This document shows, in pieces, positions 26,556 to 40,359 of a stretch of DNA of 64,000 bases. The DNA is taken from contig OX597818.1 in NCBI GenBank assembly GCA_951406725.2, forward strand, positions 122,450,001 to 122,514,000. The letters are read 5' to 3'. The position numbers and the translations under genes are program-made. This stretch comes from Octopus vulgaris. Taxonomy: Eukaryota. The notes under the pieces are model-generated. The model searched no databases and was not told the origin of the DNA. It saw only the letters and a program-made list of their open reading frames with translations. Numbering within the stretch: the first letter of the stretch is position 1; the number at the start of each line of letters is the position of its first letter.

Positions 26556-27833
26556 ACTTTAAAACACAGAAAGGGTCGCTTCTGTTGATACATTATCACT
26601 TGGCTTGCAAGATATATCTCATATATCATCCTCGTATTACATCACACATTGAATACAGAAGAATATATCTATACTGGACGCCTACCAAGTAAGATCTAGA
26701 ATGCATAGATGGTCGGTTGGCATCCTTTTTGTCTCGGGAGACAATGGAGTTGCGCATAAAATAGTCTAGTCCGGCTTTTACATTTCGGACTAGACTACTT
26801 TAATAATTTAAAACACAGAAAGGGTCGCTTCTGTTGATACACTATCACTTAGCTTGCAAGATATATCTCAAATATCATCCTAGTATTACATCACACCTTG
26901 AATAGAGAAGAATATAACTATACTGGACGCCCACCAAGTAATATCTAGAATGCATAGATGGTTGGTTGGCATCCTTTTTGTCTCGGGAGACAATGGAGTT
27001 ACGCATAAAGTAGTCTAGTCCGGCTTTTACATTTCGGACTAGACTACTTTAATAATTTAAAACACAGAAAGGGTCGCTTCTGTTGATACACTATCACTTG
27101 GCGTGCAAGATATATCTCATATATCTATTTCTATTTCTTTATTACCCACAAGGGGCTAAACATAGAGGGGACAAACGAGGACAGACATAGGTATTAAGTC
27201 GATTACATCGACCCCAGTGCGTAACTGGTACTTAATTTATCGACCTCGATAGGATGAAAGGCAAAGTCGACCTCGGCGGAATTTGAACTCACAACGTAAC
27301 GGCAGACGAAATACCGCTAAGCATTTCGCCCGGCGCGCTAACGTTTCTGCCAGCTCGCCACCTTAATGGAGTTGCGCATAAAGTAGTCTAGTCCGGCTTT
27401 TACATTTCGGACTAGACTACATTAATAATTTAAAACGCAGAAAGGGTCGCTTCAGTTGATACACTATCACCTGGATTGCAAGATATATGTCATATATCAT
27501 CCTCGTATTACATCACACCTTGAATAGAGAAGAATATAACTATACTGGACGCCCACCAAGTAAGATCTAGAATGCATAGATGGTTGGTTGGCATCCTTTT
27601 TGTCTCGGGAGACAATGGAGTTGCGCATAAAGTAGTCTAGTCATCTTTTACATTTCGGACTAGACTACATTAATAATTTAGAACACAGAAAGGGTCGCTT
27701 CAGTTGATACACTATCACCTGGATTGCAAGATATATGTCATATATCATCCTCGTATTACATCACACCTTGAATACAGAAGAATATAACTATACTGGACGC
27801 CCACCAAGTAATATCTAGAATGCATAGATGGTT
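26556..27833. repeat. 249-bp tandem repeat (about 4.5 units) with a 16-bp hairpin, interrupted by a SINE
   Basis: Unit starts at 26561, 26810, 27059, 27432 and 27680; hairpin aaagtagtctagtccg-N12-cggactagactacttt. Confidence 0.95.
27122..27365 (-). mobile_element. Family 2 SINE, full length, inserted in the satellite
   Basis: ctatttctttattacccacaagggg...gtttctgccagctcgccacc. Confidence 0.9.
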
Positions 27834-27944
27834 AGGCTTCATATTTCCCCACTAAACTATCAAATCAAAGGGACCCTTATTTTATACTTGGCCAGTAAAC
27901 CGTGGAATCAACAAGTGCTCTTACTTTATAATTGTTCCCTACAC

Positions 27945-28360
27945 TCTCTTTTACTCTTTTACTCTTTTACTTGTTTCAGTCATTTGACTGCGGCCATGCT
28001 GGAGCACCGCCTTTAATCGAGAAAATCGACCCTGGGATTTATTCTTTTGTAATCCCAGTACTTATTCTATCGGTCTCTTTTGCCGAACCGCTAAGTGACG
28101 GGGACATAAACACACCAGCATCGGTTGTCAAGCAATGTTTGGGAGACAAAGACACACAAACACATACACACATATATATATATATATATACATATAAAAG
28201 ATGGGCTTCTTTCAGTTTCCGTCTACCAAATCCACTCACAAGGCTTTGGTCGGCTCGAGGCTATAGTAGAAGACACTTGCCCAATGTGCCACGCAGTGGG
28301 ATGAACCCGGAACCATGTGGTTGGTAAACAAGCTACTTATCACACAGCCACTCCTGCGCC
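27945..28360 (-). mobile_element. Full-length family 1 SINE
   Basis: (tactcttt)n tail through cacacagccactcctgcgcc head. Confidence 0.9.
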
Positions 28361-28854
28361 TAGTTAGTCCTGTAATGAAAAAAACAAACAAACCTCAAAT
28401 AGCTAAAATTTCAACCAAAATTGAGATTTGCCTTTAGTCTTATGTAAATCTAACGTTACATGCTTGCATAATATGTAAAATGACGTGTCTTTACATATAT
28501 CTGTATATTTATCCATTTACATTGCTTCGATTAAATCTTATCCTGCCTTCAGTACAGATCTGTTTTTTCTTACATATATCTTAGCAACATAATGCACAGT
28601 TTCGTAATTAATTATATTTGTTACCAGCGCGCACATTAATGCCATGCAAATTGAAATTTACAATCTACAGACAGAAGTGTATTTGGAGATTATTATCTTG
28701 CCATTAGTTGCGTTAAAACTCGATTCAGTTCGCTCACAATTCTTCAAATCCTCAGAAGAATGTTTGCGTTTGACTATATAACTTGCACTATCAATTGAAT
28801 CTGGGTTTAATTCCGACCCACCATTTATATACATATACACACACACATATATAT

Positions 28855-28926
<72 letters not shown>

Positions 28927-29164
28927 GTCTATATATATATATATGTGTGTGTGTGTATATATATATATATATGGAGAGAGAGAGAGAGAGAGAGAGCAAG
29001 AGAGAAGGAAAGAGAAAGAGAACGAGAAAGAGAGAGAAAGAAAGAGAGAGATAATAGTTCAAATAAACCGAAAAAGCCTTGGGTTTTAATGTACACAACA
29101 TATATACATGCATACACGTAAAATGGGAAGGCAAAATCAAAATTTTCAGATGATAAACAATATA

Positions 29165-29199
<35 letters not shown>

Positions 29200-29201
<2 letters not shown>

Positions 29202-29308
29202 CGGGAAGGTTTACGAAAATAAACAAAAGACGAAGGCAGGTGGAGTACAAACAAACAAATGTATTAGTATAGCGCTCAGGAATAGAAATAGAAAAAGTCT
29301 TTTGCGTT
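29200..29308 (-). mobile_element. PLE 3' tail stub embedded in (TA)n
   Basis: aacgggaaggtttacgaaaataaacaaaagacgaaggcaggtgg is the reverse complement of 37790-37836; truncated within the HHR region. Confidence 0.7.
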
Positions 29309-30929
29309 AAATATATATATATATATATTTGGATCATTATCTCCATATTTGCTCACTTGGATTCTCTTATAGCCACTATTCACCCCGATGACTCGTTAAA
29401 GATACTGGAGAGTATGCTTCAATTATTTGAGCGCTACAAATGTGTTTTATATATTGAAATTCTCTTGATCTCATCTGTTGGCTCTCTAAATATCCATAAT
29501 TCAGTTCATTTTTTGAAATAATGTATCTCGAAAAATATGTTATAAATTATTGCCTATAACTAATGGATTAAAATACAATTTTAGATAGAAAAATTCGAGG
29601 GCCACCATGAAACTCGAGATCAGAGCTTCTGTTATCATGATAGGTGTTCTACCATTGAACCAAAGCAATCTTTCGAATTTATCCAGTCTAAAATCAATAT
29701 ACTTACTAGCGAGAATTGTATGTTGTTTGCCTCATAAGAATTTATAAACTGTGGAGCGAACGTAAAATAATTTTTTTTAGAACGGTGGATTTCGCAGCGC
29801 ATAATGATAGAAATAATAGTATCAGAATATTGGGTATGTTCAGGCTTGAAGCGATATCTGCACGAAAGATTTATTTTGTGGAAGACTGGTAGTTACGACT
29901 TCAATCAAGTCTGCTCTTTCCACACCATCGATGTTATTCAAGGGAAGGTCGTTGCTTCAGGGTCGCTACTCCGAGTTCCTAGTTCTAAATCCGATGTGAT
30001 GATGTAGTAATTTCTTAGTGCTTGTGTTAGATAATTCAGCCTTACTCTATGAAACACACATAAGAATCAAATAACACGAATCATTTTCGTTGTTTCTTCT
30101 TTCCAAATAGAAACGATTTATAAACACCGGTTGTATGTCGTGTACTATAGTCAACAATTTACACATACGCGCGCGACCAAATGTACAAGCACACGCATAC
30201 ATACACACACAGTCACACACGCTCGCGTACGCACATATACACAGTAATACAATAGGTGTCTACTCAGTTTCCGTGTACCAAGTTCCACTGACAAAATGTT
30301 GGACAACAAAGGATTATTGTAGAAGTCATTTGTCAACTATGCCGCACAAAACAACTTGGATCCGAAGCGAATTTCTCGAACACAGTATACATCAAAATAT
30401 GATCTTACAAATGTGTTTAAAAAATTATAGATAATGCAGCACATTTGCGAAGGTTTTAAAACTAAATTTACACTCGTTTCTGTCATGGTCGTAAAATAAT
30501 AAACAGTATAAAATAGTTTAAGTACAATATTACTATTCTTAGCAAGCATGTGTTTCTTGGTATAAATTACAATGAATGTCAGTCTATCTTTCTGCTTTCT
30601 CCAGCAAAAACATGGTGTCACCAGTGGTTAATGAAATCAGCTCGTATTTAGAATTAACGATAGGTTATTTCAGCCTATCTATGTCGACCGTGCATATCAC
30701 AAATGTGTGGTCTGTGTAGCCGACGACTTTGAACTGTGAACAACCTATGCTACTTCGATCAACTGGCCTACAGAGTATCCTATCTAAATACAATATGGAA
30801 GACCCAGTGCTGTTTTTCCATGTCCACATTGGCGCATTTGGGAAATGAAAATAATGAAAACTTACGCCGAGCCTTCAAAAACACGCCTTCGTGCTCCGCA
30901 GTAAATATAATAATGTTAATAGTTTCAAA

Positions 30930-31110
30930 TTGTGACACAAGTCCACCAATTTCGACACCAGCACTCAACTGGCAATTATTTTATCGACCTCGAGAGGACG
31001 AAAGGCCAAGTAAATCTCTGCAGTATTTGAACTCAGAACGTAAAGACAGACAAAATGATTCTAGTCATTTTGCCCGGCGTGCTAACGATTCTGCCATCAC
31101 TCCGCCTTAA
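30930..31110 (-). mobile_element. Decayed family 2 SINE
   Basis: atttgaactcagaacgtaaagac...gcccggcgtgctaacgattctgcc. Confidence 0.7.
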
Positions 31111-31111
31111 A

Positions 31112-31191
31112 TGATAATAATAATTATTATTATAATTTTTGTTCTGTTCTTCTTATTACTTTTATTATCATTATTGCTGTTGTTGTTGTTG

Positions 31192-31235
<44 letters not shown>

Positions 31236-31313
31236 CATTATTATTATTATTATAATTATTATTATTTTATTATTATTATAATTATTATTATTTTATTATT
31301 ATTATAATTATTA

Positions 31314-31356
<43 letters not shown>

Positions 31357-31363
31357 TTATTAA

Positions 31364-31421
<58 letters not shown>
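31112..31421. repeat. Long imperfect (ATT)n microsatellite
   Basis: Visible directly. Confidence 0.95.
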
Positions 31422-31422
<1 letters not shown>

Positions 31423-31939
31423 GTATATGCTACAAAATCAATTATAAATAGGTAGTTTTATGTTACTGAAATTATAACTCTTTAATGCACCAATCAGGCT
31501 TCTTTTATTATTCATATATTCCTAATAATATTAACTGTTAATAATATTTCAGCACATATCTAAAGAGAAATAAAAACCCTGAAATATAAAGCATATTTAA
31601 ATATAGAAGTAAAAAAAAAATGACAAAACTGTAATTTTATGATCAAATTATCTTTACAATTTTATGAATTTTAGTTTGTGCAATGTTCTGTGATAATGAC
31701 CATTATTTCATAAAGACATCGGATAACTCTTACACATATACTGATACATAAACTGATATGTTTGGTTGTAGTTTTCGTACTTGTAGTAACTAACATACTC
31801 ACGCAGTCATATCTTCACACGTTTAGTTACATTTGTATGTATATACGTGTATAGGTATCTATATGCATATATGCGTACCCCCACACACATATAAACACAC
31901 ACACACATATATATATATATTTATTCATATATATGTATG

Positions 31940-31995
<56 letters not shown>

Positions 31996-32093
31996 CATGC
32001 AAACATACATATATATATATATATGTATATAACACATGCAAATATTTATGTGTACCTACCTACCTACCTATCTATCTATCTATTTATCAATCA

Positions 32094-32140
<47 letters not shown>

Positions 32141-32203
32141 GAACTATCTACCTCTGTATGTATTTATCTATTTGTCTATCTCTCTCTCTCTCTATCTATG
32201 TAC

Positions 32204-32260
<57 letters not shown>

Positions 32261-32535
32261 GAACTATCTACCTCTGTATGTATTTATCTATCTGTCTATC
32301 TATCTATCTATCTCTCTATCTGTATGTATACGTAAGTATATACTGTTAATGTTTGTTTTTGTGCATAATTATATATTAAAGATGTTGGACATTAAATTGA
32401 AGGGTTGTACAGTACTAAGAAACTGTGTAGTCGAAACTTTGAAGTAACTTCAGCCCTTACCTTCCAGATATCTGTGTGTGTGTGTCAGCGTTCGTGTTCG
32501 TGGGTTTGCGCGGGTGTGTTGTATGTGTGTGTGTC

Positions 32536-32596
<61 letters not shown>

Positions 32597-33069
32597 TTGT
32601 ATGTGTGTGTGTAAAGTTACTTTCAACGAATGATTTAGAAGCAATTAATATCATAGCCGAATATAGTGCTTTAATTTGGCTATTTCAGTTGTCCGTTAGC
32701 GAAGGCTTACTAGAATTTTCCTGTATATACTTTTTTTCTCCAGACAGGAAGCAGTTATTTTTTTACAGTGCCTTAAAACTTCATCATTCAAACAAAAAGA
32801 AAGCTCAGATCTATAGAGAATGGGAGAGAAAGGTTTATGCGTCATTTTTTGAAATCACACATAAACTCAAGTTTATTCTTATCCGTCCGGGAAAAAAGCT
32901 GGAAAAAATTCTCATTTTCTAACTTTTCTGGGAATAATTAGTAAAATACCTTGTCAGACAAATTGAACGCACAGTACTGAATCACCTAAATCTATAATGA
33001 ACAATATATCTAAATTTACATTTATCTGAAACTTCCGCAATTAGTCTATCTGTCTGTCTGTCAGTCTGT

Positions 33070-33184
<115 letters not shown>

Positions 33185-33194
33185 GTATGTGTAC

Positions 33195-34450
33195 AATTTA
33201 TAATGAACGTTAAGTCGCTTTTTGTCAGGAGGCACTAAGTCAATTGTTTTGAAACGTAGCATATACTGATGTCATACTCATACCTAACACTATTATCGTT
33301 ACCTTTTCAGAAACCTTTGCCCATATGAGTAATTAGGGAAGCAAACGTCAAAGATTGTGTGATTTGCTGAATGCACTCGTCACACCAAAGGAGATTTCAA
33401 GGATAGTTGGAGTGTCCATAAAGACTGTTTATAATGTAAAGAATAGAATGACTATGAGCAAAACTATTACGAGGAAGTCTGGAAGTGGAGGAATTAACAA
33501 AAAACGTACCAAAGCTTTTATTAAAGCTCTCAAATCCAAAATTCTAAAGGATCCAACCAAATCCATGAGAAAAATGGCAATTGAACTTGTGGTAGAAAAC
33601 AAGACCATTAGAAATGCAGTAAAATATGATTTGAGGTTAAAATCTTACACAAGAACACCAAAACATTAGTTGACAACAGCTATGAGGGAAAAGAGATTGG
33701 AGAGGTGCAATAAAATTGTTACATGGTTCAAGAAAATGTCCTCCATTGTAACAATCTTTTCAGATGAAAAGATCTTCACTGTCGATGCTGTTCTGAACCG
33801 CAGATATGACAGATTTATTGCAAAATCAACAGCTGAGGTTAATGGGACATTCAAAACAAAACATCCTGCACAAGTTATGGCTTTTGGTGTTGTGGCTTCC
33901 GATGGAAAGAAAATGCCTATAAAATTCTACAAAGCTGATGAAAAGATCAATGTTCATACTTACTACAAGACTCTGAGATACCAGGTATTGCAATGGCTTA
34001 AAGTAAACTACCCAGATAGTAATTACGTATGGACACAGGATGGTGCTCCAGCCCACACAGCCAGAAAAATACAAGATTTCTGCAAATTCAACTTTAGCGA
34101 TTTTTGGGAATCATGTTTATGGCCGCCTTCTAGCCCAGATAGATCTGGATTATGCTATTTGGGGCGTTTTAGAACATGCTACCAATAGAACATCACACAG
34201 CACTGTCGACTCTCTTAAAGATACTATTACAGAAGAATGGGAGAAGTTGTCTCCCGAATATTTGAGGAACACTTGTACAAGTTTTAGGAAGCGTGTGAAG
34301 GCAGTTATTGAGATAGAAGGAGGACACATAGAATAAAAACATTTTCTATTATGTAAATTTTCTTGTGGCAAATAAATTCTCATAACTTTCAATAAAATAA
34401 CTGGTCATACACTGTCTTCAAAACATTGTAAATTTTGCTTCCTCACCCTG
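33195..34450 (+). mobile_element. Tc1/mariner-superfamily transposon, DD37D (maT-like), decayed; left TIR not seen
   Basis: Right end caccctg followed by TA at about 34444-34452; transposase remnant inside. Confidence 0.85.
33324..34336 (+). pseudogene. DD37D transposase pseudogene
   Basis: N-terminal HTH (EISRIVGVSIKTVYNV), IFSDEKIF, QDGAPAH, WPPSSPD..LDYAIWG; 37 residues between D2 and D3 if the usual LNPL is restored; stops at about 33333 and 33667; frameshift at about 34140. Confidence 0.85.
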
Positions 34451-34484
<34 letters not shown>

Positions 34485-34485
34485 T

Positions 34486-34941
34486 GGCGTAGGAGTGGCT
34501 GTGTGGTAAGTAGCTTGCTTACGTACTACATGGTTCCGAGTTCAGAACCACTACGTGGCCCCTTAGGCAAGCGTCTTCTACTATAGCTCGGGCCAACCAA
34601 ATCCTTGTGAATGGATTTGGTACACGGAAACTGAAAGAAGCCCGCCATATGTGTATATATATATATGTGTATATATATATATATGTGTGTGTGTGTGTAT
34701 GTATATATAAATGTATGTATGTAAGTATGTATATGTTTGTGAGTCTGTGTTTGTCCCCCCCCCCGCCAACATCGCTTGACAACCTATGCTGATGTGTTTA
34801 CGCCCTCGTAACTTAGCGGTTCGGCTAATGGTCCGATAGAATAAGTACTAGGCTTACAAAGAATATGTCCTGGAGTCGATGTGCTCGACGAAAGGCGGGG
34901 CTCCAGCATGGCTACAGTGAAATGACTGAAACAAGTAAAAG
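34486..34941 (+). mobile_element. Family 1 SINE
   Basis: ggcgtaggagtggctgtgtggtaag...gactgaaacaagtaaaag. Confidence 0.9.
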
Positions 34942-35024
<83 letters not shown>

Positions 35025-35026
35025 TT

Positions 35027-35065
<39 letters not shown>

Positions 35066-37042
35066 CGTCTATATGCATACACACACACGCACACCCATAC
35101 ACATATATTATCGTATATTACCTGATTACTAATCATCGCCCAACCCAACATTGCCGCCGCATTTTAAAGACGATAGAAAAATTGAACTAGATCTAGGCTC
35201 CTACTTGTCTGTGCAAAAACCCTACAAAATTAGGACTACAGTCTGGGATATATTATATCTGAATGCAAAGAAAGAATTTCGAATTTTTTGTATATTTTGA
35301 TTAAATCTGAGGAAAAAAAAATGAAAAGCTACAAAGTTAAAAAAACTTTATATTATATTATGTTATATGATAAACATAATTTTATCGTGTATTTGAAATT
35401 TGTTTTTATAAGTAATATCAATATTTAATAGTTAGATATAGAATTGTCATCTGATAAAAAAAGCTTGAAATTGTTGCTTTACATATCAGAGGATTCAACG
35501 TTCAGAAAGCTATCAACTCAGCTAAATGTATTTGTGCCATCCTGACACTGTTGTTTCGTCAGATACAGAGATACAAATCATTTGGAAAAATCAAATGATT
35601 TTATCCACTTATCAACTAACATCCAACAACTCGGTAAATTGATTCATTATCTGAATATTGCATTTTCGTTCCATTTTCCACACACCCTACGTTTGTTCTG
35701 CATTGTTCGGTATTACTCATTAACTTTATCAAATTCGTCCTGATTTGCTCCAAGTTTTCTTCAGTGATTCCCGTCCAGTGCTCAGAACTTTCAGAATCCT
35801 CACTTGTTATCCACGGAATGTTCTTTAGCTTTTCCCGCTTTTATCCTGACTTTCTTAATATTCTAAAATTATTTTACTTTTTCAAAATTTTACTCGATAT
35901 TTTTACTATGCACATCATAATTTTCCGAACTTCAAATCGAGGCATTGATGCTGCCGTCTTCAAATTATCAAAACTCTGTACCTACCCATGCTGGTATGAT
36001 GCGCCTGTCGGCATTGCTATTGTGAACAGCTTCCTAGTTCTAGCCGCCTTTGTTGGATTTAAAATGGAACGCCGTTTCTCAACAGTTACATTGAAGTAAG
36101 CCTCTTTCTTTCTCCGTAATAGATTTTCCTCCATGAAGCAAAATTTACCTCTACCTTACTACTTCTTTTCTCGTTCTGAAAATTCTTTGATCATTCAACC
36201 GTTTCTTGATTTGTTTATTCTATTAACACCTTCACTGTTCTGACTACATCTCAGGGTTCCAACTGAGACAGACGTTGTTTTCTCGTGACTTAATTTTTAT
36301 ATTCAGTTTTATTTTTTTCTTCGTGAAAATCGTGCGGGTGAAAGGATAAAATAATACCCAAGCAGTAGGTCAGTGGGAGACATTTCTTTTCTTTTTCCAG
36401 CTTTCCAACTTTGCGTTCTCCAGCTTCATTTCTACCTTTTGTTGAAGAGCAAATGCTCAAACCGAGAAAGTCGGCTACTTTTTCTGAGCATGAATGTAAT
36501 ATAACAGACAGTGTTATTCCATGTGAATGGACTGACTCAGCTGATAATGGTTTTCCTTTCTATAGAAAGTCTCGGCATGATATAAATCATCTTTTGCAGA
36601 TTATACTTAGTTCCGTAACTAAATTTTGAATGTTCATATTGATGCAGTATAAATGCAATGCTGAAACATCGATGTGATGATTATCGCCACTACATTACTT
36701 TCCAGAAAGGGACTGATAAAAACTGGAGGTGGAATATAAAAAAGAAGGAAGCCTACACTGAAACATCTTTATGGCGTTAATGAGTGGAAGGTGCATGAAG
36801 ATTTGTACTATGTCCTCGCCTTCCCAGTTATATTGCATTAAAGAACCAACGCACTAAACCCCAGAATGATGAGACTTGATAAATGTACGGTATTTCATGC
36901 TAAAGATGGTTCCTGAGAAAATATGAAGTCATAAAAGAAAGTTATATGAAATATGAAACTCCGAGTAACGTAGTCACCTATGAACAACTATACAAATATT
37001 TCAGCTTATAAAATATTAATATATACATACAAACACACACAA

Positions 37043-37074
<32 letters not shown>

Positions 37075-37090
37075 ACACACACACACACAT

Positions 37091-37127
<37 letters not shown>

Positions 37128-37128
<1 letters not shown>

Positions 37129-37530
37129 TACTCTTTTACTTGTTTCAGTCATTTAACTGCGGCCATGCTGGAGCACCGCCTTTAATCGAGCAACTCGACC
37201 CCGGGACTTATTCTTTTGTAAGCTCAGTACTTATTCTATCGGTCTCTTTTGCCGAACCGCTAAGTAACAGGGACATAAACACACCAGCATCGGTTGTCAA
37301 GCAATGCTAGGGGGACAAACACAGACACACAAACACACACACGCATATATATATACATACATATATACGACGGGCTTCTTTCAGTTTCCGTCTACCAAAT
37401 CCACTCACAAGGCTTTGGTCGGCCCGAGGCTATAGCAGAAGACACTTGCCCAAAGTGCCACGCAGTGGGACTGAACCCGGAACCATGTGGTTGGTAAACA
37501 AGCTACTTACCACACAACCACTCCTGCGCC
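37128..37530 (-). mobile_element. Full-length family 1 SINE
   Basis: Very close reverse complement of 12652-13040. Confidence 0.9.
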
Positions 37531-37537
37531 TATATAT

Positions 37538-37598
<61 letters not shown>

Positions 37599-37624
37599 AT
37601 ATATATATATAGATATAGATATAG

Positions 37625-37837
37625 ATTGCCATGTTGATTCGCTAGCTTTTGCACGCATTTTTTTTCTTATCTTGTTTCTTTCCGTGTTTCTTTTCTGTGT
37701 ATCTTTCTGTTGAAGAGCGTAGGCTCGAAACGTAAAAGACTTGTTTTATTTATATTCCTGAGCGCCATACTAATACAATTGTTTGTTAGTATTCCACCTG
37801 CCTTCGTCTTTTGTTTATTTTCATAAAGCTTCCCGTT
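37625..37837 (+). mobile_element. PLE 3' terminal fragment with HHR (CTGTTGA core) in (TA)n
   Basis: tcttt-CTGTTGA-A-GAGC-gtag-GCTC-GAAAC-GTA-aaaga at 37702-37739. Confidence 0.75.
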
Positions 37838-38251
37838 ATATATATATATATATATATCTTTTGAATATCACAGTTTTGCAGCTATATTCTCTCAATGTTA
37901 TATTTACATGGTATTGTGGTATTGGCTGATCAGTTATTTGCGAACAACAAATGGAAGTAAGTAATTTATTGAAGAAGTAAGTAAAATAAATCCTAAAGCT
38001 GTGTGCGAAGAAAAATTTCTCAGGAAGTATCATGGAAAATATTTGGCTCGGCTTGGTTTCGGTGGTTTCGTGCCAAACAGGAGGAAGATGTAACGTCCTA
38101 GAATGTTGGTTTGAACCCTGACGATTGAAATAAAATCAGCCATACTCGGCACTGATTTAGGGAGCGGAACTGCGTACGGTGTTGAAATTATAAAGATCTT
38201 TAGTAGATAGCTGATAAGGGCAATGTCTCGCAGTGCAAACCATGCGTAAAA

Positions 38252-38647
38252 TCTTTATATATAAAAGAGAGGTTGTGTGTCTGTCTCCTACGATTTAGAT
38301 TCCTAACTACTCCCACATTTTGCGGTGCAGTTTAACCAAAACCGGGTATCTTATAGTCGTGATTAATATCGAGCCCTTCTGGGTATTAGCGCACGTCTAC
38401 GATGAGTCTACAATTTAAAAAAAAAATTACCATCATTTTTTCCATTTTAATGCAGTTTTTCGCTATTATATAAGGGAAGTCACTCTCTAAAAATGTCTAC
38501 GATGAGTCAATGATAAAAAAAAAATTTACCATAATTTTTTTTCCATTTTTAATGCATTTTTTTGCTATTTTTTGGCTATAACTCTCTAAAAATGCTTATA
38601 TAGTTATTTCCCTTACAAACCCGAGCAACGCCGGGCGATACTGCTAG
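38252..38647 (+). mobile_element. Non-autonomous Helitron
   Basis: 5' TC (a|tctttatatataaaa), 3' hairpin cccgagcaacgccggg then CTAG|t; inserted between A and T; internal duplication of about 100 bp (38395/38495). Confidence 0.8.
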
Positions 38648-39192
38648 TATGATATATATGTGTTAGGGTATGTGTATCTATATGTGCTGCTCTAAATGAC
38701 CAGTTATATGCCTCCGTATATTTGTGAATTTATATAATTGTTTTTCATAAATGTTACATAACACTAGTCGGGTTCTAGTTAGGTCAAATCTGTACTGATC
38801 TGTCGTCGTTGACCTGATATGTAGTTCTATGGACAAACATCGTCTCGTCCATAACTATTCGGTATATCTAGGATTACAAAAAATGAGTGTCTATTTTCTT
38901 TTAAGATGGTATGATGTAATTGAAAAAATTAGCAAGCCTACTATTCCATGTAGATTGCGCAACGTTGTGGCTCTTTCGTTGCTAGGTAGTTGTTGTGTTG
39001 ATGGTAAAACTTAGGATGTGTTGAAGCACGCGTTGGTGATAACGATTGTTGTTTTAGAATTGACAAGAAATGGCACCAGTCCTGTCTCATATTGCTAAGA
39101 CAAATCGATAAGAAGGAGAGTAACATGACGCTCAAGTTGGATATAGCTCGTAATGGAAAAGGTTGTTTGTTAATGCTTGTATTATTATTATT

Positions 39193-40294
39193 CAGTAGTT
39201 TTATTTTTATTTTTATAGCGTGCTTTCACTTCACTACCGAGCGCAGCTCTGTGTGCCTTGGGTATGTGCTGTGATTTGTTGTGATGCTCTGATGGTTATT
39301 GTATGGAAAGTGTTCTGCGTAGGATGTGTGCAGTGCCTAGTAGTGCAATTTTCTGTATGTTATATGTGTTTGTAAGTCCTGGTGTTTTTGTTATGTATTT
39401 GTCTGAATATTTTTTTATCATGCCTAATGCACCTACTATGATAGGAATTGTTTCTGTTTTCAGATTCCACATTCTAGTTACCTCTATTTCCAGGTCTTTG
39501 TATTTTGAGAGTTTCTCCATTTCTTTTAGAGACACGTTGTCATCTGCCGGTACTGATACATCAATTAGAAAGCATTTTTTTTCTTCATGGTCTCTGACAA
39601 CTATATCTGGTCTGTTGGCCTTAATTTCTCTATCTGTGTGTATCGGCATATCCCAGAGTATGGTTGCTTTCTCGTTTTCTGTGACCTTTTCTGGTGTGTG
39701 CCTATACCATCTTTTTTCTGTTGTTATTCCATAATGTTGGCATAGCTTCCAATGTATGTAAGTTCCAACTCTGTCGTGTCTGTGAATATATTCCTTCTTA
39801 GCCAGGACTGGGCAGCTAGAGATAATATGATTTATTGTTTCTTGTCCATCTCCACATATTCTGCAGTTACTTGTAATATTTCTTTTCATTACATGTTTTT
39901 GGTAATTTCTGGTGGGGAGGCTTTGGTCTTGTGCTGCAATTAAAAATCCCTCTGTTTCTGCTTTGAGTCCTGAGCTTCTCAACCATTGCTGGGATTTTTC
40001 TTTGTCTATTTCTTTTGCGTTTAGTTTAGTCCAGTATTTACCATGAAGGGGCTTTTCTTGCCATCGTTTTATCATGGTTCGTTGCTGTTCTATTTTTAGT
40101 TTGGATTTCATTTGTTTTATAGCTTTTGTTGTTTCTTCATCTTCTTCTTCTTCTTCTTCTTCTTCTTCTTCTTCTTCTTCTTCTTCGTGTTTATTAGGTG
40201 GTATGATTTCTTGTTTGTATTTGTCAGCTTCCTTAAATACTGAGAACAGTTTTTTGTTTTGCTCGTGTTTTGCCGCTATCTGGATCAGTTTTCC
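39193..40294 (-). mobile_element. 5'-truncated REL-endonuclease LINE (R4/Dong-like) within (TAA)n
   Basis: (TTA)n on both flanks (39180-39192 and 40295-40380); short 3' UTR; uninterrupted ORF remnant. Confidence 0.9.
39296..40294 (-). CDS. C-terminal part of non-LTR retrotransposon ORF: CCHC zinc knuckle plus restriction-like endonuclease
   Basis: CRICGDGQETINHIISSC, RHD, RPDIVV...IDV, KLSKY; frame stays open upstream of the listed Met to 40294, including a poly-Glu run. Confidence 0.85.
   Translation of the reverse strand, partial: GKLIQIAAKHEQNKKLFSVFKEADKYKQEIIPPNKHEEEEEEEEEEEEEEEDEETTKAIKQMKSKLKIEQQRTMIKRWQEKPLHGKYWTKLNAKEIDKEKSQQWLRSSGLKAETEGFLIAAQDQSLPTRNYQKHVMKRNITSNCRICGDGQETINHIISSCPVLAKKEYIHRHDRVGTYIHWKLCQHYGITTEKRWYRHTPEKVTENEKATILWDMPIHTDREIKANRPDIVVRDHEEKKCFLIDVSVPADDNVSLKEMEKLSKYKDLEIEVTRMWNLKTETIPIIVGALGMIKKYSDKYITKTPGLTNTYNIQKIALLGTAHILRRTLSIQ

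Positions 40295-40359
<65 letters not shown>

Noticed and set aside
26556-27833. Satellite as a CRISPR array or HHR retrozyme
   Set aside because: Whole units repeat with no unique spacers; eukaryotic context; no HHR core found
32040-32320. Short local duplications in compound microsatellites (also about 7770-7930 and 57640-57710)
   Set aside because: Ordinary slippage or unequal exchange
35560-36300. Possible decayed transposase or LINE on the minus strand
   Set aside because: No diagnostic motif recognised; needs BLASTx
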